From Gloeobacterales cyanobacterium (GTDB lineage Bacteria > Cyanobacteriota > Cyanobacteriia > Gloeobacterales > PMM-0068), in NCBI GenBank assembly GCA_038245785.1, contig JBBRSB010000039.1, forward strand, positions 1-38,154: 38,154 bases of DNA, written 5' to 3'. The position numbers were made by a program, and so were the translations under genes. Within the stretch, counting starts at the first letter, position 1, and every line of letters starts with the position of its first letter. Below are positions 28,423 to 38,064 of this stretch, piece after piece. The notes below the pieces were generated by a model. It saw only the letters and a list, made by a program, of their open reading frames with translations. It was not told where the DNA came from and searched no databases.

Positions 28423-29940
28423 CTATGGCAGTAACCCTGCAGGTTGGCCATTGATCTGGACATTGGTGATGGTTGCAGAAGCATCTTTACTTGGATCTCC
28501 TGATGTTCTGTCTTGTACCGTGAAAGTAAGATTAGCGCTTTCTCCAGGATTTATAAAGTTACTGATGTCTTGGTTGTAACTAGAGTTAGCAGTGTACTGG
28601 CCCGTGTTGATATCTAGTGTGAATGGTAAATCTGTGATTTTCGTTACTGCCAATAAATTTGAAGTTGCCCCAAGACTATTCTGAATGTCTACTAGGAATT
28701 GGTCATTTAACTGAGGATTATTTAGCTGAGTGGGTTTGAATTTGCTTACGGTAAAGGAATAATCAAAACTTAATGTTGGGTTGATTCCTATTGGGAAATT
28801 GATTGTGCTTCGGAAGAAACTGGATGAAGGTTCAAAACCAAGCAGGCCCTGAGCTGTAGAAAGAATGACTTTATTGGCACTAAGAGTTGCATTATTTCCC
28901 CATACTTTGTTCAATAATGGAATTGTATTGTTTCCTGAGCCTCCACCAGAGTTGTTCTGATTGTTATTGCCAGTCTGATTATTATTGCCAGAATTGTTTA
29001 AACTTCCCTGAATATTACTACTGCTAAGAAGATTAATTCGGAGGTTAGAATCTAGATTCTGAACTAGTAAAGGATCTACTGATGCTTGTAATTGAATTGT
29101 TTCAGGACTAATATTTTTTGAATCGGGCGTGCTCACTATAACTTTTTCAGAAACTTGTAGATTGCCTTGAGCTATTTGCATTTTTTGCTCTTCCGCTTTG
29201 CTCATAACTTCTGCTTGAAAAGCGAAAGTTAACTGATTCTCAAAACTGCTTTTTTCTGAATCCTTTGACAGGCCCAGAATACTAGAACTATTCATCAAAT
29301 CAGAGACATTGATAGTGGCTAATTTGATCCCTTCTTGGGTGAGAAGGAACATTTGACCAAACTTGAGGGCTACTTCCTGGGTTGTCCCTTTTTCTGGGTC
29401 TATATAGGTAACAGAGATAGAACCCTCAGGTGCACTGGGTTCTTGGCTCAGAGCAATCACTTTGGTAAATGTTTTGGGAGCCTGACGGGGATCTTTACTG
29501 GGAATGATCCCTTCTTGAAAAAGTACGGTGTCTCCTTTGATAGCTGCTACCGCGCTCCGCCCTTGAATCCTCGCTCCTCCCAGGCCGGGAGGTACATGAA
29601 GGAGGATTAGGCCATTTTCGAGTTGGATAGAGCGTGTAGCGCTGGAAACCGTGAAGTTGGCGTTGGAGCCGATTCTGGCGAGACTGCCATCTTGGAACAT
29701 GAGTTCTGCCCGAGAACGTTCTCCGGTCAAAAGGCTGTCTTGGGTATTGAGGATATCAGCTACCTTAGCGGACCGGATCTCTTGGTCTTTGGGTTTGACG
29801 TTTACGACATTTGTTCTTTTTTCAACTCGGGCTGTGAAAGGGGCCAGTGCCCAAGCCGGACCCATACTAGATCCGCAAGACAGGGCACAAGACATCGCTA
29901 GAGAGAGGAAGATAGGCCGTTTAGATAGAATGCGAGACAT
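28423..29940 (-). CDS. Secreted FecR-domain protein with an Asn/Gly-rich linker and a C-terminal beta-rich domain
   Basis: Signal peptide ending AWA/ALA, FecR motif LTGERSRAELMFQDGSLARIGSN, and linker NNSGNNNQTGNNNQNNSGGGSGNN. Confidence 0.85.
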   Translation of the reverse strand: MSRILSKRPIFLSLAMSCALSCGSSMGPAWALAPFTARVEKRTNVVNVKPKDQEIRSAKVADILNTQDSLLTGERSRAELMFQDGSLARIGSNANFTVSSATRSIQLENGLILLHVPPGLGGARIQGRSAVAAIKGDTVLFQEGIIPSKDPRQAPKTFTKVIALSQEPSAPEGSISVTYIDPEKGTTQEVALKFGQMFLLTQEGIKLATINVSDLMNSSSILGLSKDSEKSSFENQLTFAFQAEVMSKAEEQKMQIAQGNLQVSEKVIVSTPDSKNISPETIQLQASVDPLLVQNLDSNLRINLLSSSNIQGSLNNSGNNNQTGNNNQNNSGGGSGNNTIPLLNKVWGNNATLSANKVILSTAQGLLGFEPSSSFFRSTINFPIGINPTLSFDYSFTVSKFKPTQLNNPQLNDQFLVDIQNSLGATSNLLAVTKITDLPFTLDINTGQYTANSSYNQDISNFINPGESANLTFTVQDRTSGDPSKDASATITNVQINGQPAGLLP

Positions 29941-30025
29941 CTCGTGACCAAGGACACTCGTTCTTAGGGTGTCCTTCTAGTGAGCAGAAATATCAGTCTG
30001 TAGCGCTTTTCATTCAAACTTTACT

Positions 30026-30433
30026 TCAAAACAGCATAGAGAGGGCTGAGGAGAATGTCTCGATAAGGGCATTGATCAACATTTCTATACCTTTCACCAA
30101 GGCAGGCATGTATAACACCAATCCATACCCACCAAATATGCCTATAGAGAGTATTCCTATAATCATCGCCACCGTAGTATATGGAGAACGCTCCTGCGCT
30201 GCGTTCATATCCTCTTCCGTCGCCCCTTCGCAAAAGAGGTCATAGAAGGTCCGAGATTCCTCATTGGAGAGGATGCTATACGCCTGGTTAATCTCTTCAA
30301 AACGGTCTCTGGATCTGGGGTCCTCATTGAGGTCTGGATGATATTTACGTGCCAATCGCAGATAGGCGAGTCTAATTTCTTCTTTGGGGGTGTCTATGGG
30401 GATATCTAAGATGCTGTAGAAGTCTTTGGGCAT
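30026..30433 (-). CDS. Small membrane-anchored J-domain (DnaJ-like) protein
   Basis: DFYSIL...YLRLARKYHPD...INQAYSILS, plus a C-terminal hydrophobic helix. Confidence 0.9.
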   Translation of the reverse strand: MPKDFYSILDIPIDTPKEEIRLAYLRLARKYHPDLNEDPRSRDRFEEINQAYSILSNEESRTFYDLFCEGATEEDMNAAQERSPYTTVAMIIGILSIGIFGGYGLVLYMPALVKGIEMLINALIETFSSALSMLF

Positions 30434-30668
30434 TGGAGAGCAGTCGTATCGACACTGCTAAGGTAACATCGACGCGGATAAGCGCCAAACGTTGAGTCCT
30501 TTTAAATACTTGCAGGACAGGTCTGCGAGAAAGTTTTAGGGAAGTCGCTCTGGGAATGAGCTTATATGGGAAATATGTAGCACTGTACACAAACTTAAAC
30601 AGGGAGAGGCTTTCAGTAATATCTAAATGTAAAAAGGCTGTGATCGCTATCATTTGAATTGAGTCTTC

Positions 30669-30677
30669 TGGTATAAT
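30669..30677 (+). promoter_or_regulatory. Extended -10 promoter element upstream of the sigma factor gene
   Basis: TGGTATAAT matches TGnTATAAT, about 160 bp before the ATG. Confidence 0.5.
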
Positions 30678-30835
30678 TTCTCTTGAGAGAGGTGAATATC
30701 AAAAACTCCTGTCTTGAGGCTGTCTTGATGAAGTTAAGGGCTCACCGCCTTGAGCCCTTAACGCACAAAATGCAAAGCAGCACTTACCCCTCATAGGCGT
30801 GAACACTGAACTCTCCCCTCATCAGAGGTACCTGC

Positions 30836-31888
30836 ATGTACACCGAATATCTTGTAGACCAAGTAGATCAGACAGATGACCCAGAAATTTTGGAAGAACC
30901 CCTCGCTGAGCCTGCACAGAAAGGTAAAGCTCGGAAAGATTCCACTGATCTAGTCCGTCTTTATCTCCAAGAAATTGGGAAAGTTCCTCTCTTGGGACGG
31001 GATGAAGAGGTAGAGCTAGCCCGTAAGGTCCAAACCTACATGGGTAGTCTAATCATTCGTCAGCAGCTTACCAAGAGCCTAGGGCAGGCGCCCTCGGATG
31101 AAGCTTTTGCTGAGGCCTTAGGAATAGACCTGGCTACGTTGAAGCACCAGCTTTGGACGGGTAAACGGTCTAAAGAAAAGATGATTGAAGCCAATCTTCG
31201 TCTCGTTGTTTCTGTTGCCAAAAAATATCAGAATCGCGGTCTAGAGCTGCTGGATTTAGTCCAAGAAGGTACCTTGGGCCTAGAGCGAGCCGTGGAAAAA
31301 TTTGATCCGACCAAAGGATACCGCTTTAGTACCTATGCCTACTGGTGGATTCGGCAGGGCATTACCCGAGCGATCGCTACTCAGTCCCGGACTATTCGTT
31401 TGCCCGTCCACGTCACGGAGAAACTAAACCGGATCAAGAAAGCACAGCGTGGGCTGTCTCAAAAACTGGGTCGTACGGCCACGTTGAGTGAAGTTGCTCA
31501 AATGGTTGAGATGGAAATGGTCGAAGTGCGGGATTTGTTGAGCCGCGTACCGCGTTCCGTTTCTCTAGATACCAAGGTGGGCAAAGAGAAGGATACGGAA
31601 TTGGGAGATCTGTTGGAATCAGAAGACATTACTCCTGAACAGTATGCGACTCAAAATGCCCTGCGCCAAGACATGGTCGAGCTGCTGGCAACGCTTCCCC
31701 AACGGGAACGGGATGTGGTGTCCATGCGCTACGGTCTAGGCACTGGCCAAGCCTATTCTCTATCGGAAATTGGCAAGATCCTTGAGCTTTCCCGCGAAAG
31801 AGTGCGCCAGATTGAAGCTAGGGCCCTGCAGAAACTTCGGCAGCCCAAGCGTCGGTCTCTTGTCGCTGACTACTTAGAGACCGTGTAA
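30836..31888 (+). CDS. sigC: Group 2 RpoD-like sigma factor (SigC-like)
   Basis: STDLVRLYLQEIG..LLGRDEEV, ANLRLVVSVAKKYQNRGLELLDLVQEG, FSTYAYWWIRQGITRAIATQSR and SRERVRQIE. Confidence 0.88.
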   Translation: MYTEYLVDQVDQTDDPEILEEPLAEPAQKGKARKDSTDLVRLYLQEIGKVPLLGRDEEVELARKVQTYMGSLIIRQQLTKSLGQAPSDEAFAEALGIDLATLKHQLWTGKRSKEKMIEANLRLVVSVAKKYQNRGLELLDLVQEGTLGLERAVEKFDPTKGYRFSTYAYWWIRQGITRAIATQSRTIRLPVHVTEKLNRIKKAQRGLSQKLGRTATLSEVAQMVEMEMVEVRDLLSRVPRSVSLDTKVGKEKDTELGDLLESEDITPEQYATQNALRQDMVELLATLPQRERDVVSMRYGLGTGQAYSLSEIGKILELSRERVRQIEARALQKLRQPKRRSLVADYLETV

Positions 31889-31905
31889 AAATTAAGCTAA
31901 CCTTG

Positions 31906-31933
31906 AAATCCCCCTCAATCGAGGGGGATTTTT
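31906..31933 (+). terminator. Rho-independent terminator
   Basis: aaatccccctc-aatc-gagggggattt followed by a T run. Confidence 0.85.
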
Positions 31934-31979
31934 ATATCTTTGACTGGGTACGTAGAGAAACGGTGTCAGAATACAAAGC

Positions 31980-32324
31980 ATGAATACGTTTCTAACCTTC
32001 CAAACCGCTGAAGGCTCAGTGAGTGTGGCACTGGATCTCAATCAGGCTAAAGCGCTACAGCAGTCGCTGGATCAGCTCATCCAGCATCTGAAAGAGGTAG
32101 CCGCCAGTCCCGCTGTCCAGAAAAAAACTCCCCACCCAGCGACCGAGCATCATCATCAAGGGGAAGTTTATTTCGAGCTGTTTTGCAATCCCAATATTTG
32201 GCCCAGTCCCTATGCGGCTAAGGCTTTGGTCACGATCAAGAGCCCTGCTCTAAAGCTAAGTACAGAAGTGGAGCTCTCGCGTTTTCGAGATGACCTGCAA
32301 GAATTTATGAGTGCTAATGGCTAG
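31980..32324 (+). CDS. Conserved cyanobacterial hypothetical protein
   Basis: 114 aa. The FCNPNIWPSPYAAK motif resembles a cyanobacterial family, from memory. Confidence 0.8.
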   Translation: MNTFLTFQTAEGSVSVALDLNQAKALQQSLDQLIQHLKEVAASPAVQKKTPHPATEHHHQGEVYFELFCNPNIWPSPYAAKALVTIKSPALKLSTEVELSRFRDDLQEFMSANG

Positions 32325-32675
32325 TTAGCGACAGGCATCTCGGTTCTGCTCCTGATGGATCAGAGCACCGGCACCAGCACCGGCTATGGCCCCAATAGGT
32401 CCACCAATCAGCAAACCAGAACCCGCTCCATAGAGCGCCCCTTTAGTTACATTGTTGTTCCGCTCATCTCGGCCACAGCTAAGGTCAGGGCTCAACGTGC
32501 GGTTAATTCCTGTATTCCGTGCACTTCGTCTACTTTGGTAGTTTGTCGTACTCGAGCTGAATTGCTTAGATTTTGCCTCTGCGGAGGGAACTCCAGCGGT
32601 GAAGGCCACTGCCAGCGGCAGCACCAAAAGGCCAGTCAAAGCTGCATTAAACCCCACATTCCACTTTCTCATCAC
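32325..32675 (-). CDS. Secreted glycine-zipper protein
   Basis: Signal peptide ending AEA and [28 protein letters not shown], with two Cys residues flanking the zipper. Confidence 0.75.
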   Translation of the reverse strand: MMRKWNVGFNAALTGLLVLPLAVAFTAGVPSAEAKSKQFSSSTTNYQSRRSARNTGINRTLSPDLSCGRDERNNNVTKGALYGAGSGLLIGGPIGAIAGAGAGALIHQEQNRDACR

Positions 32676-32848
32676 GTATTTCCCCTATCGGTTTCCGAAT
32701 CCTGCACGATAGCCTCTTAGACGTGAGCACGAGTCGCTTTTGTGCCCACAATCCGCGTATCTTTGAGTGTACGCTGCCTAAGTTTATTTTTAAAAACTTC
32801 CCAAATCAGGTATCATTCTGGATTGTGGCGACGCAGCAAAGGAACACT

Positions 32849-33058
32849 ATGCCCAAAATGAAAACACGCAAGGCGGCTGCCAAGCGCTATGAAGTGACTG
32901 GCTCTGGAAAGATTCGCCGCCGTCGGGCGGGAAAGAATCACCTTTTAGAACACAAAGGCTCTAGTCGTCTACGCAGCATCAGCGGCAAGGCGGATGTCAG
33001 TGAATCCGATCTCTACAAAGTAGAGCGCCAATGTCCCTACAAAAAGTATCTGCGCTAA
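32849..33058 (+). CDS. rpmI: 50S ribosomal protein L35
   Basis: [13 protein letters not shown]...GKNHLLEHK, with an AAGGA RBS before ATG 32849. Confidence 0.97.
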   Translation: MPKMKTRKAAAKRYEVTGSGKIRRRRAGKNHLLEHKGSSRLRSISGKADVSESDLYKVERQCPYKKYLR

Positions 33059-33081
33059 GTGCTACAGGAGCTTAATTTCCC

Positions 33082-33435
33082 ATGGTCCGTGTAAAGAGGG
33101 GCAATGTTGCCCGCAAACGTCGTAAGAAAGTCCTAAAAATAGCCAAAGGCTATGTGGGCTCTCACTCTAAATTGTTCCGTGCTGCGAACCAGCAGGTGAT
33201 GAAGGCGTTGAAGTACGCCTACCGTCACCGCCGGGAGCGCAAGCGTGAGTTCCGTCGTCTATGGATTACCCGTATTAATGCCGCTGCGCGTACGGAAGGT
33301 CTTGCCTATAGTCGTCTTATCGATGGCTTGACCAAAGCACGGGTAGGACTGAATAGAAAGATGCTGGCTCAGATGGCTATTCTAGACCCCCAAGCCTTTT
33401 CTCGGGTTACGACGATTGCTAAAAACAATCTCTAA
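33082..33435 (+). CDS. rplT: 50S ribosomal protein L20
   Basis: [16 protein letters not shown]...[14 protein letters not shown]...LNRKMLA. Confidence 0.98.
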   Translation: MVRVKRGNVARKRRKKVLKIAKGYVGSHSKLFRAANQQVMKALKYAYRHRRERKREFRRLWITRINAAARTEGLAYSRLIDGLTKARVGLNRKMLAQMAILDPQAFSRVTTIAKNNL

Positions 33436-34264
33436 GCTCGCGTCTAGCTTGTGGAAATATCTAGGGATTACTTTCTCCGTCTTTGCTGGTCTATGGCTGG
33501 CATTGCAGACCCCTAGAGTATCTGCACATCCTCTTGAGCATGTACGCCAGTCCGGCAAAATTAAAGTAGCAATTTCAACCCTGCAACCCACTAATCGGTT
33601 GCAGGGTTTTGAGTTGGATGTGGCTCGTAAGCTCGCAGAGCAGCTGTTTGGAAATGTTCAAGCACTGGAGCTTTTGCCCGCGCGTGGTGAAGAGCGTTTG
33701 GCTTGGGTAGAAGAGGAACGCGTCGATATGGCGATTGCCCAGGTAAGTGTCACTCCTGAACGGACAAAGATTGTTGATTTTAGTCCGGCCTATTATCGAG
33801 GAGGACAAGGTTTTATCTTCCCTAAAAATATACCGATTCAGCGACTCTCTGACCTTAACCATCGAAAGGTCGCTGTCCTTGAAAAATCTAGCGCTGCCCT
33901 CTTGCTGGGTGCTTTGTTGCCTGAAGCTGCGCAAGTACCTGTGCGTTCCTATCAGCAAGGATTCGAACAACTGCTTACTGCTTCGGCTCAGGTATTTACC
34001 GGAGATGATTACCTCTTGATGGAGTGGCTAGACCTTCAACCGGACTATCAGTTACTCCCACAGCGCATGGGGTCCTATAGTTTTGCGATTGCTTTGCCAA
34101 AGGGCTTACAGTCTGTTTCTTGGCGCGCCTGGATTCAGTCTGCCTTAGAAAAATTAGACCGCTCTGGCTGGCTAGAAGAACGTAGAAAGTATTGGAAACT
34201 TTCCACTGCTCTAAGGTTGAGCTATGAGGATTCCAGGTATAAATTTAGAGGCAGATTGCCATAG
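33416..34264 (+). CDS. Amino-acid ABC transporter substrate-binding protein (family 3); start uncertain
   Basis: [11 protein letters not shown] and [25 protein letters not shown], with an N-terminal hydrophobic segment. Confidence 0.88.
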   Translation: MLKTISKLASSLWKYLGITFSVFAGLWLALQTPRVSAHPLEHVRQSGKIKVAISTLQPTNRLQGFELDVARKLAEQLFGNVQALELLPARGEERLAWVEEERVDMAIAQVSVTPERTKIVDFSPAYYRGGQGFIFPKNIPIQRLSDLNHRKVAVLEKSSAALLLGALLPEAAQVPVRSYQQGFEQLLTASAQVFTGDDYLLMEWLDLQPDYQLLPQRMGSYSFAIALPKGLQSVSWRAWIQSALEKLDRSGWLEERRKYWKLSTALRLSYEDSRYKFRGRLP

Positions 34265-34617
34265 GTGTCATTGACAGCTCCGAATTCCGGAGAATGAAAA
34301 GAAACAATTACCCCTCGTTCCTGTCCCGTATAGGAATCCGCATAGCATCTTCCGGTTCTGGGATTAAACTTTAAATAAATTCCTGGGGCATCTGAAGGTT
34401 CAACAGGTTCAACCGAAGGCATAGGAGGCTCATGGTCTAGCGCTTTGAGATAGGATTCTAGGACGCGCTCTGCTTGATCTGTAGTATCGGCACAAATTCC
34501 TAAAATTGCATAGTCTGACTGTGTGGATAAAGTTATCAAAGCGACGTGCAATTGTTCATGACTGGCAGAACTTGGAGCGAGTAACATCTTGTGTGCTTCC
34601 TCTAAACTTAATGACAT
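34222..34617 (-). CDS. DUF1824-family protein
   Basis: SDYAILGICAD, YLKFNP and Y.G..RGVIVS...[10 protein letters not shown]. Confidence 0.8.
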   Translation of the reverse strand: MSLSLEEAHKMLLAPSSASHEQLHVALITLSTQSDYAILGICADTTDQAERVLESYLKALDHEPPMPSVEPVEPSDAPGIYLKFNPRTGRCYADSYTGQERGVIVSFHSPEFGAVNDTYGNLPLNLYLESS

Positions 34618-34627
34618 GAACCTCTTC

Positions 34628-35083
34628 CTAGGTAATGTGTGTAAGGCATTCTAAAATCATTTTTTGATTGACTTGAGCATGGGGCTGTATGGCTAAAGCC
34701 CGTCGAAAGGATGTGATGGCTTCATTATATTGCTCTAGGGTGAAATAACATAATCCCATACCATGCCATGCCCCAAAATGACGGGGATTAAGTTCAATCA
34801 CTTGCTGACAATCTGTTAAGGCCCATTCATATTTTGCTTGCAGATAATATACGGTAGCGCGCTTATTATAAGCTTCTGCAAAATTTGGATAATGTTGAAT
34901 TAAGTGAGAAAATTCTTCTTCAGCTTCCGAAAAGCGGCGTTGTTCTATGTATGCGGAGCCTAGGATAAGTCGCTCTCTCGGTTGTGCCCCCATTTGCGAA
35001 AACCAATTTTCCCAGAGTCTTTGGCTTGCTTCTAGCCGGACTTTTGCTGATTCATGGTGCAAGGCTTTAAATAGTTCTTCCAT
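34628..35083 (-). CDS. Tetratricopeptide repeat protein
   Basis: PNFAEAYNKRA, LNPRHFGAWHGMG and FRRALAIQP. Confidence 0.9.
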   Translation of the reverse strand: MEELFKALHHESAKVRLEASQRLWENWFSQMGAQPRERLILGSAYIEQRRFSEAEEEFSHLIQHYPNFAEAYNKRATVYYLQAKYEWALTDCQQVIELNPRHFGAWHGMGLCYFTLEQYNEAITSFRRALAIQPHAQVNQKMILECLTHIT

Positions 35084-35297
35084 AGCTATTACTAGAACGC
35101 CTAAGATGTGGCTTTGTTTCCATCCTATCGCGCTCTAGGCAAAGACCGTTCTTGAAAAAATAAGGGCATTTGCTAAGCGTCAAAAAAGACCCTCTTAAGT
35201 CTAGGAATAATTTCTGTAAAAACCTGGAATATTTTAAAAGTTATCCTGTAGATTCGAGTTGTATATAGCCTTATATCCATCCTGGAAGGAGGATATT

Positions 35298-35666
35298 ATG
35301 ACCACTGAACTTGCTACTCCTATGGCCGACTTGGATACCTTACGTCGTGCTATCGAGCAAAGTGATCCAGAACTGCTTATAAGTTTGTACACTGATGACG
35401 CTGAACTGAAAATTGTGGACCGCAATTATCCACCCAGCAAGCCTTACGTTTTGCATGGCAGAGAAGCTATTGCTGAATATCTCCACGATATCTCTAGCCG
35501 AGATATGACACACCATCTTGAACAAGCTGTTGTAGGACAAGACCATCTGGCTTTCACAGAAGCCTGTAAATACGCAGATGGAACCCGTGTGCTGTGTTCA
35601 TCAATGCTAAACCTAAAAGCTGGCAAGATTGCTCAGCAGCTAAATATTCAGGCTTGGGATGAGTAG
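35298..35666 (+). CDS. SnoaL/NTF2-like protein
   Basis: LYTDDAEL, GREAI and a terminal QAWDE. AAGGAGG RBS before ATG 35298. Confidence 0.85.
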   Translation: MTTELATPMADLDTLRRAIEQSDPELLISLYTDDAELKIVDRNYPPSKPYVLHGREAIAEYLHDISSRDMTHHLEQAVVGQDHLAFTEACKYADGTRVLCSSMLNLKAGKIAQQLNIQAWDE

Positions 35667-35679
35667 TCTTACCCTGGTG

Positions 35680-36417
35680 TTAGTTGGGCTGCACCATTGC
35701 CATCGCCTTTTCGAGTGCTTTGGGATCTTTGAGTAACTGTGCCGCCATAGCTTTAGCTTGTTCACCAGGGTAGATATCCTCGACTCCATCAATAACGGCC
35801 TGTAAAGCCTCCTGTGCGACAACTTCTGGGGCAACCTTGGGTGGAGGAAAGTTTTGACTTCCTTTTGTGTCTACGGTTCCAGGCATAACGCCGATAACTA
35901 ATGTGTTTTGTGCTGCCAACTCAGCCCGAACGCCCTGTGTCATCAAGAAACTTGCTGCTTTAGAAGCACCGTAAGAAGCATTTATGGGGAAATTAATCCT
36001 TCCTAGAATGCTGAGCATATTAATGATCGCCCCACCCCCGTTTGCTTTTAAAACTTGAGCGAATGCACGGCACATGGCCAAGGTGCCAAAATAGTTGACC
36101 TCCATTTCTGCTCTTGCACTAGAGAGGTCAGTTGCAGAGATAAACCCTTGGAGCAGTCCAATTCCAGCATTATTGATCAGCAGGTTTACATCGTTGTATT
36201 CAGCAGCAGCTACGCTGACAGAGTGTTCATCCGTAATATCTAGCGGAATTGGGATGATTCGCTGTGGGTCAATGGCGGCTAAGTCAACCAAAGCGCCGGG
36301 ATTTCTAGCTCCCGCATAGATTCGAGATGCTCCCATTGCTCGTATCGCCTCAATATAGTGCTTGCCGATACCACCGTTAGCACCTGTAACTAACGCCACT
36401 GCATTTTTTACGTGCAC
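35680..36417 (-). CDS. Short-chain dehydrogenase/reductase
   Basis: TGANGGIG, NNAG and YGASK. Confidence 0.93.
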   Translation of the reverse strand: MHVKNAVALVTGANGGIGKHYIEAIRAMGASRIYAGARNPGALVDLAAIDPQRIIPIPLDITDEHSVSVAAAEYNDVNLLINNAGIGLLQGFISATDLSSARAEMEVNYFGTLAMCRAFAQVLKANGGGAIINMLSILGRINFPINASYGASKAASFLMTQGVRAELAAQNTLVIGVMPGTVDTKGSQNFPPPKVAPEVVAQEALQAVIDGVEDIYPGEQAKAMAAQLLKDPKALEKAMAMVQPN

Positions 36418-36464
36418 TGTTGGTTGCCTTTTTACTGCTAAGTGCTTACAAGGCTACACTGACG

Positions 36465-36499
36465 CTTACTTTTTGGGGAGTACTTACTTTTTTGTAAGT
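36465..36499. promoter_or_regulatory. Probable HxlR-family operator between the divergent SDR and regulator genes
   Basis: Direct repeat CTTACTTTTT (36465, 36483) and palindrome ACTTAC-N6-GTAAGT (36482-36499). Confidence 0.65.
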
Positions 36500-36525
36500 C
36501 TCAAAAGTTCATTCGGGAATAGGTC

Positions 36526-36858
36526 ATGTCAGAGACGGAAACTGAGGGCACTGTGTTCGTGCAAACGACGCTTAAAATTCTGGGAGGCAAGTGGAAAATT
36601 TTGATTCTCTGGCATTTGAAGAATGAAGCAAAGCGATTTAGTGAATTGAAGCGATCGATACCTGAAATCACTGAAAAAATGCTAGTACAACAACTTCGTG
36701 AACTAGAGAAGGATGGAATCGTTCTCCGGGTCGTTTACTCGGAGGTACCTTCTAAGGTGGAGTACTTTTTCACTAACTATGGTCAGAGTCTAGTGCCAGT
36801 ATTGCAAGCTCTTTGTGAATGGGGAAAAGAACATCTGAATTCTGGTGCGATTGGTTAG
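36526..36858 (+). CDS. HxlR-family winged-helix regulator
   Basis: [33 protein letters not shown] and KVEY. Confidence 0.93.
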   Translation: MSETETEGTVFVQTTLKILGGKWKILILWHLKNEAKRFSELKRSIPEITEKMLVQQLRELEKDGIVLRVVYSEVPSKVEYFFTNYGQSLVPVLQALCEWGKEHLNSGAIG

Positions 36859-37973
36859 CTAAGCGAAAGTGAAAGGCGTTCTAGCTGTAGGTCAAGGGGT
36901 TGATCTGGATTTGGACTTATCCAGAGGCCCGCTTCTTGTTCACCAAAGTTGAGAGCAATCACGTTTGGCGATGGATGGTCTCGCTGGGGATTGCCTGTGA
37001 GCCATAGGACGGTGGCTTTGTTAGTGAGTCTTGCAAAATCTGGACCATCACCTTGCTTCAAAGTGACCTCAGCTAAGGCCTGAAGAACGGCTTGTTCCTG
37101 TTGTAAAAGAACTCCCTCGCCTGCGCTCACGGCGATATTTAGTCCTCGTCTCTGTCCGTAGAAGAATAAAGCCGCCATTGCTTCCACGGCTTGTTCAAAA
37201 CGTTCTTCCTGAGTGTCTTTCGACCAATTCTCTGGCTGATTATCAAGAACCAATACAATCGCTTCTTCGTTTTTTGACTGTTCTAGTTCGCGCGTATACA
37301 AAGACCCTAGACGTGCACTGGTTCGCCAATGAACATTTTTGATTGGGTCTCCCCAGCGATAGGGGCGTGCTGATTTGGTGAGTCCTTCGCTAGGATGGTC
37401 GCGCCATGTTCGTCCTGTCTCAAAGGCCTGACCTTGATCACCTATTTGGTCTAGCAGCGGACACCGTCTCAACGCTAGAACCCTTGGGTACACTACTATT
37501 TCAGTAGGAGCGACGAGTATTTTCTTGCGCGAGAATAAGCCCAAAGGAGCTGCCGTTCTGAGGACTACATGCTGCCCACGATAGAGTCCACGACGCTTGG
37601 GGGTTACCGTATAGCTCCAACGGCGCGTTCCAGTGAAAGTTTCAAGAACCGTACTCGGTTGCTTTTCAACAAGAGACAAAGGGAGTGCATCCACGAGTTC
37701 AATGAGTTGGCGTGTCCCCGATGCCTGGACAGTAACGGCCAGGTGCAGGTCTTCTCCGACTGAAACCGGTAGGGGAATCTCGCGCTGTACCTGAATACCT
37801 CGCAACTCCCAGCTGGGTAAAACCGCAGCGAGCAGCATCAAACCTAAACTTAAGCCACTGATAACGTACAGCCAGCCAGATAAGGTATTCGTTGCCGCCG
37901 CAAAGAAGAACAGCGTCAGGGCCATTAATATAATGGTTGCAAAGGTTGGCTTTGGTAGCTTAGTCTCCCACAT
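36855..37973 (-). CDS. DUF58-domain membrane protein
   Basis: Two N-terminal TM helices, RRG, PLGLF, VYP and [19 protein letters not shown]. Confidence 0.92.
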   Translation of the reverse strand: MWETKLPKPTFATIILMALTLFFFAAATNTLSGWLYVISGLSLGLMLLAAVLPSWELRGIQVQREIPLPVSVGEDLHLAVTVQASGTRQLIELVDALPLSLVEKQPSTVLETFTGTRRWSYTVTPKRRGLYRGQHVVLRTAAPLGLFSRKKILVAPTEIVVYPRVLALRRCPLLDQIGDQGQAFETGRTWRDHPSEGLTKSARPYRWGDPIKNVHWRTSARLGSLYTRELEQSKNEEAIVLVLDNQPENWSKDTQEERFEQAVEAMAALFFYGQRRGLNIAVSAGEGVLLQQEQAVLQALAEVTLKQGDGPDFARLTNKATVLWLTGNPQRDHPSPNVIALNFGEQEAGLWISPNPDQPLDLQLERLSLSLS

Positions 37974-38064
37974 GACGCCTGCTCTTTCTAACTAGTGTGC
38001 CCGAATGGAGGCAGGAATCTTGAGGAAGAGATTAGTGCTAACTCTTGGAGTGTCATCTAGTCAA

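Noticed and set aside
30577..30590. NtcA-like GTA-N8-CAC upstream of sigC
   Set aside because: Imperfect, with no correctly spaced -10 box. Could be chance.
32723..32848. N-terminal extension of L35 in the ORF track
   Set aside because: The canonical start MPKMKT has its own RBS at 32849.
5357..37763. Many short antisense or alternate-frame ORFs inside long genes
   Set aside because: They are shadows of well-supported CDSs with no independent evidence.
38025..38060. CIRCE-like AGTGCTAA
   Set aside because: Only a partial half-site, with no matching left arm at 9-nt spacing.
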